Virus record (IMG/VR): IMGVR_UViG_3300028048_003161
Source of the DNA: a virus
Lineage: Duplodnaviria > Caudoviricetes
Direction: 5' to 3' (one strand)
Length of the DNA stretch: 64,000 bases
Notes under the pieces: model-generated
Told to the model about the DNA's origin: nothing
The model's database searches: none
What the model saw: the letters and a program-made list of their open reading frames with translations, nothing else
Shown here: one piece after another, positions 30,469 to 39,980 of the stretch
Numbering within the stretch: position 1 is the stretch's first letter
Layout: each line of letters opens with the position of its first letter
Position numbers and translations under genes: made by a program

Positions 30469-32213
30469 ATGAGCATGTTATTAAGAGGACAAGACAGTAT
30501 TGATGAAGTTTTGAGGCTATCTAAAGATCATGATAGCATTGAAAAACTTAATGAGACACAAGAAAGTGAAGATAACATTGGGTACACAAAAGGAAAAGAA
30601 CTGGAAAATTCTGGAAATGAGGAGTCAGAGTTAACAGACAATAAAGAAAAGGCAAAAGGCAGTGAGTCAGCTGAAAATAACATTGAAGAAGAAAACAAAC
30701 AGGAGGATAAGAGTAAATCATTAGGGGGTTTAATTAAACGCGGAGCAGAAGCATTAGCAACACTAGGATTAATAGCAGTCACAGAAAAGCAGATAGAAGA
30801 GACACATCAATTGAGAGTCTTTGCAACTTGTACATGTAAAGGTTCTTGCGGTAATAATTGTAAAGGTTGCAGTGGTAGTTGTAAAGATAGTTGTGTTTCA
30901 GGTTGTACAGGAAGTTGCAAAGGTGACTGTAATACAACATGTCATGGTGGCTGTAAAAATGGGTGTCATACAAGTTGTAATGGCGGTTGTAAGGGTGGTT
31001 GTAATAAGTTATGTAAAGGCGGATGTAAGACGTCATGTAAAGATGGATGTGCAAATGCATGTGGTGGGTGCAAAGGTGGTTGTGCACATGACTGTGCTAA
31101 TTGTAAAGATAGTTGTAAGGGTGGTTGTATACATGGTTGTGGTGGTGATTGCAAAGGTTCATGCAAGGAAGGATGTAAAGGTTCATGCAAAGGCAGTTGC
31201 AAAGGTGAGTGTAAAGATGGCTGCAAGGGAGATTGTAAGGGCAGTTGCAATACTGGATGCAAGGGAGATTGTAAGGGCAATTGCAAAGGAAGTTGCAACA
31301 CCGGCTGTGATAGTTCATGCAAGGGAGGTTGCAAGACAGGTTGTAACACTTCATGTACAGGCAGTTGTAGTGGCGGTTGTAATACTTCATGTTCAGGAGG
31401 ATGTGATGGCTATTGTGGAGGTTCTTGCAGTAGTTCCTGTGGTGGAGACTGTTCAGGAAGTTGTGGATCCTGTGACTCAGGATGCTACAGTTCTTGCAAG
31501 ACAGGCTGTTATCAAGGATGCACAGGAAGTTGTGGACAGGGATGTGCAAGTGGATGTGATAGTACATGCACAGGATCCTGTGACACTAGTTGTAATACTT
31601 CTTGCAATACAAGTTGTACTGGATCATGTGGTAGTGGGTGTGAAAGCACTTGTGAAGGATCATGTAAAGGACAATGTGACACAGATTGTAATGGATGTAC
31701 AGGAACTTGTAATGGTAGTGCAGCAAGTACTTGTGGTGAGAGCTGTGAAGGTGGCTGTAAGACAACATGTAATACAAGTTGCACGGGGGCATGCACAACT
31801 AGTTGCAGTGGAGAAAGTAGTGGATCAGACACAGGTTGTAATGGATCATGTAAGGCAGAATGTACAGGCTGTACAACTACTTGTGGAGCAGATTGCTCAA
31901 GTGGATGCAACACAAGTTGTTCAAGTAGTTGCAGTAACGGATGTAAAGGCAAATGCACAGATTCCTGTACAGGCAGTTGCATAGGACAATGTTAGGTACT
32001 TGTATAGGCACATGTAATACAGGATGTATGACAGGATGTAAGACAGGTTGTAAAGAGGCATGTGCAGGAACTTGTTTAGGTGGATGCACCGGTTCATGTA
32101 AGATGACAGCCCAAAGTACAACACCTGGTGGAGGAAATGGTGGGACAGTTGTGCCTGGTGAACAACCTGGAAGCACTAACAGAGATAGAATACATACAGT
32201 AATAGTAAATTAA
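30469..32213 (+). CDS. giant Cys-x-x-x repeat protein, candidate radical-SAM RiPP target (frameshift at 31992)
   Basis: About 118 aa leader, then ~390 aa with Cys mostly every fourth residue; one extra T (TGT TTA GGT) continues the repeat into the 31953..32213 frame. Confidence 0.8.
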
Positions 32214-32229
32214 ACAAAGTGTTTATAAG

Positions 32230-32265
32230 TAGGACATGTCATATAAAAGGCATGTCCTATTTTTA
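32230..32265 (+). terminator. rho-independent terminator
   Basis: TAGGACATGTC-ATATAAAA-GGCATGTCCTATTTTT. Confidence 0.8.
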
Positions 32266-32322
32266 TGCATAGAAGTATAAAAAGAGAATTTTTATTTTTA
32301 ATTAAAGTTGGGAGGAATAAGC

Positions 32323-33662
32323 ATGTCTGATGTAATTGAGCAGTTATATGGAGATAGGGTACCTGGTACAAATATAGTGTTTACACCTGAAAATGTTGTA
32401 GAGGAAATGATGAGTAGACTTCCTGAAGATTTCTGGACACCTGACAAAAGAATATTGGACATATGCAGCAAGTCAGGTAGATTTCTGAAATATGCATTTA
32501 ACAAATTATATAAATCACCTTATTTAAGTGAAATGACACCTAATGAGAGAAAGAGGCATATAATTGAAAATCAGTTGTTTGGACTGTCAAATGACTTTAC
32601 ATGTCTAGTTTTGGCAGAAACAACACTATATGGTTTTGCACAGTATGGAAAAAGAAACATTAAGCTTGTATCAAATTTAGAGGCAGTAGTAAAAAGAGTA
32701 GATAGACAGAGTGAACTTGGAAAGGAGACAGGTTTTGATATGCATTTCGACTTAGTAATTGGAAATCCCCCTTATAATAAGGGCATGGATATTGATTTCA
32801 TAGATCTTGGCTATGAATTAAGTAAACAGTATACAGTGATGATAGTGCCTGCAAAGTGGCAAACAGCAGATGCAAATCAGAGGATCAGTAGTAAAATGAG
32901 TTATGGACAGTTCAGAGAGAAGCTAGTCCCTCATATGAAATATGTATGTTTTTACCCTGACTGCTTAGACGTTTTTGGTATTCAAGAGCAGTCTGGGGTT
33001 AGCTGGTTTATTTTAGATAAGAGCAATACATATGAGGATAGTTGCACAGTAGAAAATAAGTGTAACTTACAGAAATATGCTAATGGCATTGAGAAAAGAG
33101 ATATAACTCACAGACAAACCTTATGGAACATAGGAAATAAAATAATTGAGCACTTAAATAGGGGGGGCAGTACAAATCATATGAGTTTAGTCCTATAGAA
33201 AATAGAAAAGCATACACACTTAACATGAATACACAAATGGCACTTGGTACATGTTCATCTGGTGCATGGGATTTCGACATGGGTGGAATAAAGAAAAGCT
33301 TTATAGGCAAAGGTGGAGTATTGTTTAATCAGAGTGGACAATTGAATCTAACAAATAAAGCACGCTTATTAAGAGGGGTTGAAAAGTCAGGCATAAGTGC
33401 ATCAAAAGATGTCTTTACTTCTGATGACATAGACGAGTGTAAATCTTTTTATACATGGATAAATAGCAAATTTACAAGGTTTTTTATACTGATCAACATT
33501 AGTTCATTAACAATTTTAAATGACAACACATTCAGGTTTGTCCCTTGTCCTCCTCATAATTCCTTTGATCACCTGTATACAGATAAGGAGCTGTATGATT
33601 GGTTTAACCTACCAGAGGAATATAGGGAAGTCATAGATAGTATCCTACGAGACCGTAAATAA
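32323..33662 (+). CDS. Eco57I-like N6-adenine DNA methyltransferase, frameshifted in a G7 tract (33161-33167)
   Basis: VFTP (motif X), ILDICSKSGRF (motif I), VIGNPPY (motif IV); G8 would join the TRD ORF ending FRFVP...YTDKELY. Confidence 0.85.
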
Positions 33663-33809
33663 TAAAATCACAAGCAGTATAATAAATTTAGTTTAACAGG
33701 TTGTAAAAAGAGAGATTCATAAATAAAAGAAGATACACAGATATGAAAATAAGATATAGCATTTGTATAAAATAATATACATTGAGTTATAGGTCTGATA
33801 TGCAATAGG

Positions 33810-33838
33810 TTGATTTTTATAGAAAAACATGGTATAAT
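33810..33838 (+). promoter_or_regulatory. sigma-A promoter
   Basis: TTGATT-17-TATAAT with TG. Confidence 0.7.
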
Positions 33839-33879
33839 ATAAATAGAGATTGGAAGAGAGTTAAGCGAGGGACTCAAGA

Positions 33880-35280
33880 ATGAAAATAAGCAGTTCAGAA
33901 TTAGCAAGAGTACAAGGACAATTATGTGTAAGTGCATATAGATATTTAAGAGGACTTAACAGAGAAATAAGTGATAGTTCTGAGGATAAACTCTTAGATG
34001 ATTTCAATGATGCATATAGAGAATATGCTAAGGTCATGCATGATGAGTTTAATACATTAACTCCTGCAACAGCACCAGAGATTGCTAAAACAATCGTAGA
34101 AGAGTGTAATAGATGCAGCCTTGACTTGAGTGCATTCTGGGAAAGAAGGATAAGTGATGCAGTAAAAATCAAGTATGGAACATTCAAGAGAATAATACCT
34201 GACATAAGTAGATATGAGTTTACAGTGATTTGTGAAATTGATCATGTGGATTACGAGATCGGATGCATTGACATTTGGAGAAATAGTTGGAAATTCTATA
34301 ACATTGCAGATGAGGCAATGGAAGTTGATGACACAATTACAGTAATGATAGACGGAAGGGCACATGATATTTGTAAAGTACACTTTTTAAGTGTAAAAGA
34401 TCCTTTCTGTAAAAATAACATAGCAATGTATAACAGTTATTGCATAAAAGTTGAAAGTTACATTTACAATTATGATTATGCAATAGGCTTTAATAGTCAG
34501 GAGGCTTTAATTAGAGAAATACTTAAGGAAAATTACTTTACAAATAAAGTAGAGGAAAAGGCATATAAACATATACTTAGATTCGAAAGTTTATTTGGAA
34601 ATATATCAGAGGAACAGTTTTTGGACATTATGGATGTTAGAAAAGACTCTGAAAGAAAGAACCCTGTAAAATTTATTGATCATGAGATGAAATTTGTAAG
34701 TGACGTATGTGATAATGAAGTTGCAGAAGAGTGGTATGACCCTGGCAGTCAATGGGTTTATATAAACTTATGTGATGGAATATATGACGTATCCTTATTA
34801 AGTATATGCATGTTAAAGGATAAAGATGAGGCAGTAGAGAAGATCATGGAAATGGTCGATCTGCAGACCTTAAGCTTGATAGACAAGTATGGTATACGCT
34901 ACGAAACAATAGTTTATGATATTGGCAATAAGAATACTACAAATAGAATGTATACAGGCATTGATGATCATATCATACACGTATCAAATAAAGAGATTGA
35001 GCGTTGGTTAACACCTGATGAGCAAAGGATGTTTGATTATAGACATAAGTTAGGCGATGAGGCAATGTCACTAACTTGCATAAGTCTAGCAATGGCATAC
35101 TACAGAATGTGTAAATACTTTATGCAAGATGCAATTGCATATGCAGTTAATAATGAAGACATGGTTCAAAGAATGTGGGGAGTTAAGGGCAGAGTTCAAG
35201 ACTTCATTACTAAAGGGGTATGTGATGAAAAGACATTGAAGAAAATACTATATCGTAGAAGTTTAAACATTGATAAATAA
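33880..35280 (+). CDS. hypothetical protein, paralog family A
   Basis: GFNSQEALI; EIERWLTPDEQR...LAMAYYRM. Confidence 0.85.
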   Translation: MKISSSELARVQGQLCVSAYRYLRGLNREISDSSEDKLLDDFNDAYREYAKVMHDEFNTLTPATAPEIAKTIVEECNRCSLDLSAFWERRISDAVKIKYGTFKRIIPDISRYEFTVICEIDHVDYEIGCIDIWRNSWKFYNIADEAMEVDDTITVMIDGRAHDICKVHFLSVKDPFCKNNIAMYNSYCIKVESYIYNYDYAIGFNSQEALIREILKENYFTNKVEEKAYKHILRFESLFGNISEEQFLDIMDVRKDSERKNPVKFIDHEMKFVSDVCDNEVAEEWYDPGSQWVYINLCDGIYDVSLLSICMLKDKDEAVEKIMEMVDLQTLSLIDKYGIRYETIVYDIGNKNTTNRMYTGIDDHIIHVSNKEIERWLTPDEQRMFDYRHKLGDEAMSLTCISLAMAYYRMCKYFMQDAIAYAVNNEDMVQRMWGVKGRVQDFITKGVCDEKTLKKILYRRSLNIDK

Positions 35281-35500
35281 AGGAAAGCATGTGAAAATGG
35301 AAACAGATGATGAGACACTAGATAGGGTATTATATAGTCATATGTTTTATAATAATAAAAGATAAGACCAAAAGCGGACAAGTTGTTAATGTGGTGTAAG
35401 CAAAGGATATGAATAAGACATTGGCTATTTGAAAATATGCAAAGTTTATTTTAGTATAAAAAGCAGTGTTTGAACGAGAAATAAGCATAGGTAGAAAAAT

Positions 35501-35548
35501 GGTGTAGACACTGGGGGTCAAATCTGGTGTCTACATTATTTATTATTA
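35501..35548 (+). terminator. probable terminator hairpin
   Basis: GTGTAGACACTGG...CTGGTGTCTACAT followed by an AT-rich tail. Confidence 0.6.
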
Positions 35549-36331
35549 AAATGAATAAATGATAAATGAAAGGTTAAAATAAGGAGTGTAAAAAGCTAAT
35601 CACAAAATAGAAATTAGCATTGAAAAGTGGTATCTGCATGTGATTTCGACATTGAAAAATTTAGGCGCGACAGTGGGTGAAAATTTGATAGACAGTCCCT
35701 TGTATGCATTGGTTTTGAAAATCTTGAAAAATTAGAGGGGTTGAGAGACATTGTAAAAAGAGAGATGCAGTGAGGTATAAAGTTAGACATATAAAATGGG
35801 ATTGACATGTGGTTTATAGAAAGAATGACATAGACCAAGAGAGTCTAAACATATAGACACAAGTAAGCATATAAGAATAAAAATCGTGCAGATATAATGA
35901 CATATAAGACAATTAGAAATAAAAAGATTATTTTTTAATTAAAGAATAAATTCAGGTAAATAGGCATTGAGAAAATTGATATGCATTGGATTTATTGTTC
36001 AATTAAAATATAAACAAAACGAGGTACAAGTATAAAAGATTGGGTAATACATGAGTGTTTATCCTCAACTTGAATAAAACACAAATTAACATGACAAAAT
36101 GAATAGAATACTTAAAAATCAAGTCAGTTAAATTGGAATCACATACACTGGGAGGAAACAGGGGCAGTCATAGGGGAGGAAACAGTGGACATTGGGGGAT
36201 ATAGGGGAAGTCATGGAGGATAAAAGGGAGAGTCCTTGGATGATAAAAGAGGTTCATTAGGGAATAAGGGACTTGTCATAGCAGTAAAAGTGGATTAGCA
36301 TAACAAACTAAAAGGAGGTACTTATATTAAA

Positions 36332-37192
36332 ATGTTAGTAACATGTATAAATAGAGAGCGCAACAGTAGTGGACAAATATTATACTATGATATAATGGAT
36401 GAAAGCAATAATAAAATTAGGTTAACATCTGAACAACTGAAGAGTGCAATTAGGAATAAAAAGTTCATCTGTACAAATTTAACATTAACAAAGAATAATA
36501 GGCTAATGCTTACTAAAACAAAAGCAATTGCATATGAAAATAGTGAAAATAGACACCTAGCAAATAATTTGTCACAGTTGGATTTAAGCAAGCTAACACT
36601 AGATGAAATAAAAGCACACATGGAAAGAGTAATGCAGGCATATATAAAAGTAATGTTTAGGTCAAATAATCAGTTAACTTGTTGTGTAGGGCATTTACCT
36701 TTAATAATGGATAGGCTTGAGGATGGTGGTGTAGGGTTTGACATACCCTTACCTCTAAAAGATATAGACAATAAATACTTGAAGGGCTTTGACAGAGATG
36801 GGGAGTTCATCTATATGGAAATAAGTCCTGCACAGCCTAATTTGCTATATAACATATGTGACTTATATAGGCATTATTCACTCAAGACTACAGTGATACC
36901 TAATTATGATACAGTATTTGACTTACTAGGTAAAGCACTAGGAAAAGCTTGGGGCAGTAGTTTCGTAATAGATGAGCTGTGGTCACAAGATGCTGGACAA
37001 TATTGTTTAGTTTATAACATAGATGCTAAAAATGCAGTAGCATCACTAAAAAGTACCTTGCATGGATATGAGTGCATTATTGAGAAAGATAGTCATAGTA
37101 AAAGTGTAAGGATAGACACACTTACAAAAAATATATCACAGCAGAAAAATGTGTATACATTATTATATTGTTTAGCACAGCAGATAAAGTGA
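36332..37192 (+). CDS. hypothetical protein: N-terminal NLxLT tag domain plus CCxGHL domain
   Basis: TCINRERNSSGQILYY...LKSAI...CTNLTLTKNNRLM; CCVGHLP; LHGYE. Confidence 0.85.
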   Translation: MLVTCINRERNSSGQILYYDIMDESNNKIRLTSEQLKSAIRNKKFICTNLTLTKNNRLMLTKTKAIAYENSENRHLANNLSQLDLSKLTLDEIKAHMERVMQAYIKVMFRSNNQLTCCVGHLPLIMDRLEDGGVGFDIPLPLKDIDNKYLKGFDRDGEFIYMEISPAQPNLLYNICDLYRHYSLKTTVIPNYDTVFDLLGKALGKAWGSSFVIDELWSQDAGQYCLVYNIDAKNAVASLKSTLHGYECIIEKDSHSKSVRIDTLTKNISQQKNVYTLLYCLAQQIK

Positions 37193-37930
37193 ATGCAGTG
37201 GAGGATAAGTAGGAGATGCATAGGAGTAAAAAGGGAGACACAGTGGTACTTAAGAACAGTTGCATAGGAGTAAAAAGAAAGTTGCATCACTAAACAAGTG
37301 GTTTAATCATATACAATAAAGCAGATGCATAGGAGTAAAATGGTGGATTCCTAGCAAATACTAAATAGGTGCACTGGTATAAAAGGGTTGATGTACCACT
37401 ATTGAAGGATAGTTGCATAGCAATAAAGTGGGTGATGCATAGCAAATAAAAAGCTGATACATAGTTGAATGATAAGTTTAACTCCTCTATTAAAACAGAT
37501 GCACTAGTGGAAAAAGCTGATGCATCACAGAGTAAAAATTGAGACATAGGTGAAAAAGAGCAGATGCATCACTTTGTTAGTTGTTTAGCTTTACTATTAA
37601 GGGTTGATGCAATACAGAGTAAAAATGCTAGCATAGGAGGATATGGGTTGATGCATAGCAAAACCAAAATAGATGCATTACTAAAATAAAGCTAATGCAT
37701 CGCTAACAGATGGTTTAGCATAGGAGGATATGGGATAATAAACATATGTACATTGGAAGATAGGTGCTAATACATAGCTAACTTAAAATTGATGCATAGC
37801 AACTTTAAAATTGATGCATAGCAACTTTAAAATTGATGCATAGCAACTTTAAAATTGATGCATAGCAACTTTAAAATTGATGCATAGCAACTTTAAAATT
37901 GATGCATAGCAAGCTTAAAACTTGTGCATT
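37191..37930 (+). repeat. degenerate ~22-bp phased array of GATGCATAG-like motifs
   Basis: Motif recurs about every 21-23 bp across ~740 bp of non-coding DNA. Confidence 0.75.
37783..37912 (+). repeat. perfect 22-bp tandem repeat TTAAAATTGATGCATAGCAACT, ~6 copies
   Basis: GATGCATAGC at 37791, 37813, 37835, 37857, 37879 and 37901. Confidence 0.95.
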
Positions 37931-38023
37931 ACAATAAAATTGGTTTAACTCTTATAACTTAAGGTTAAGCATAGAAACAAAAACTTATAAACATAGCAAA
38001 TTGGGAAAGGCAAGGTACAAACT

Positions 38024-38944
38024 ATGAGATTAACATGTACAAATAAGTTTAGAAACATGAATGGTAAAATCATGTACTATGAAGTTAAGGATGAGCATAA
38101 CAGTTATTACACAGTGACACCTCAAGATTTAAAGAATAAATTGAGACAGCCTGGAGTTACATGTACAAATTTGAAACTTACATCAAATGGTAGGTTAATA
38201 AGCAGTGGTTCAAGTAATATGTTTAGCAAGTTGAATCTTGAGGAGCATGTATCTGGAGATGCTCTTGCAATAGCATTAACTAAGGCTTTGAGGCAGAATA
38301 TAAAAATTCCTTCTAATGGATACGTTGATCACTGTTGTTTTGGTCATTTGTTAATGATAGCTGACTGGGATGATCCTGTTGACAGATATGATGAATATGG
38401 GGATATGTACACCGTAACAATAGATATGCCATTACCTACAAATGAGATAGACCCTAATTTGTTAAGGAATTACACAATTAAAAATGGAATGGTACAGTCA
38501 ATGTACAATAATAACAATAAGGAAATGTTAGCTGACTTGTGTGCAATTTATAATACATATGCACTAAAGAGTACAGACATTATAGGGTATAGTACAATGA
38601 GTGTATTATTAGAAAAGGCACTAGTAAAGTCAGTAGAGGGTTTAAAGTATAAGAGTAATGGCAGAATGTGGGAAATGGAAGCATATGGAGGAGGACCTTG
38701 TGGTGCAGCAGCTCTGGGAGGTTGGACCTGTGATACTTGGGAGGCAGGCGATCTGTTAATAAAGCTGATGAGTCATGTTTGGGGATATGAGATAGTAGTA
38801 GAGGATGAAGATCATCCTGGAAGGTTTAGACAGACAATGCAGATAAAAAGAGGTACATTGGATAAGAAAAAAGTGACAATTGAAATGTATAACTTCTTTA
38901 GAAGGACAATATCAAATTATGTAAGAATGACAAATAACGACTAA
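38024..38944 (+). CDS. hypothetical protein: NLxLT tag plus CCxGHL domain
   Basis: TCTNKFRNMNGKIMYY...CTNLKLTSNGRLI; CCFGHL; HVWGYE. Confidence 0.85.
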   Translation: MRLTCTNKFRNMNGKIMYYEVKDEHNSYYTVTPQDLKNKLRQPGVTCTNLKLTSNGRLISSGSSNMFSKLNLEEHVSGDALAIALTKALRQNIKIPSNGYVDHCCFGHLLMIADWDDPVDRYDEYGDMYTVTIDMPLPTNEIDPNLLRNYTIKNGMVQSMYNNNNKEMLADLCAIYNTYALKSTDIIGYSTMSVLLEKALVKSVEGLKYKSNGRMWEMEAYGGGPCGAAALGGWTCDTWEAGDLLIKLMSHVWGYEIVVEDEDHPGRFRQTMQIKRGTLDKKKVTIEMYNFFRRTISNYVRMTNND

Positions 38945-38965
38945 AGTAGTTGGAGGACAGCATAA

Positions 38966-39884
38966 ATGATGAAAACAACCTGCATTGAAAAACAAAGATA
39001 TAAAGGTGGAAAGATTGTCAAATACATCATTAAAGACCTTAAGTCAGGTCAATATTTTGAGTTTACACCTGCTGAATTAAAGAGTGTCATTAGTTCAGGA
39101 AATATGGAATGTGATAACCTAATGTTGACAAAAGACAATAGACTTATGGATAAGAAAAAAACCACATCAATGTAAAGCAGAAGATGCAATGTGGGATACA
39201 TTTAATAAAATAGGCATTACTGATATGAGCATTGCAAAATTAAGAAAGTACTTACAGAGTAGACTTGGACTTCCTATGAAGCCTTTGAAAACGAAGGTGA
39301 GTGGTGAATATTGTTGTGTGGGTCATTTACCTATGTACATTGAGATTCTCAATGATCAATATGATGGAGTTTATTTTGAGTGTCCTTTACCTGTAGTTGA
39401 GATCAGTAACAAATATTTAGAAGGCTTCATATATAATGCTAAGTCATGTAATTTTATAGTTTATGGGGAGGACTTAGAACAAATAGACAAGGTTTTGGCA
39501 ATATACAAGCAGTATGCATTAGGTGATAAGGTAATTGCAGGCTTTGATGAAATAGTGAGTATTGCATCAAAGGCAGGAAAGTACATATCAAATCACTATG
39601 GGATTGGCATGAGTTGTAACATAGAAAATTGTGATGGACAGTTAGCATGTAAAGTAATGGTTGGTTTAGAGGAGGATTTTCCTGCATACTTAATCATTAA
39701 GAGTCATACATGGGGATATGAGATGAATGTACATTATAAACCACTCAATGGCAATGAAGAAATCAGAGAGACAGTTAAAATTAAGGGGAAAGATAACAGA
39801 GACATTAAGGAGGACCGAATGGACATTTATAGAAAGATGGTAAGAATGTTGGAAAGAGCAGTAGTAGAGCAGTGGACAGCATAA
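38966..39884 (+). CDS. hypothetical protein: NLxLT tag plus CCxGHL domain (frameshift in A7 at 39155-39161)
   Basis: CDNLMLTKDNRLM, then CCVGHLP and HTWGYE; removing one A gives the same architecture as the two paralogs. Confidence 0.75.
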
Positions 39885-39980
39885 GGGTTGCAGCAGGGTT
39901 GCAATGTGTTTAGTGCGACTAGCAGCCCTGTATAAAGTTAATCACTAAAAAAATAATTAAGCAAGCGGGAGGAATTAAGA

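Noticed and set aside
30779-32176. Alternative-frame ORFs over the Cys-rich gene (Val-rich 30821..31984; LQP/HN repeats on the minus strand)
   Set aside because: By-products of TGT/TGC periodicity. The Cys frame has the RBS, the leader and synonymous variation.
32323-33662. Complete type IIG restriction-modification enzyme
   Set aside because: No nuclease or helicase domain in or next to any of the three genes, so they are treated as orphan methyltransferases.
37783-37912. CRISPR array
   Set aside because: Head-to-tail 22-mers with no unique spacers, and no cas genes in the window. The same applies to 47747-47822.
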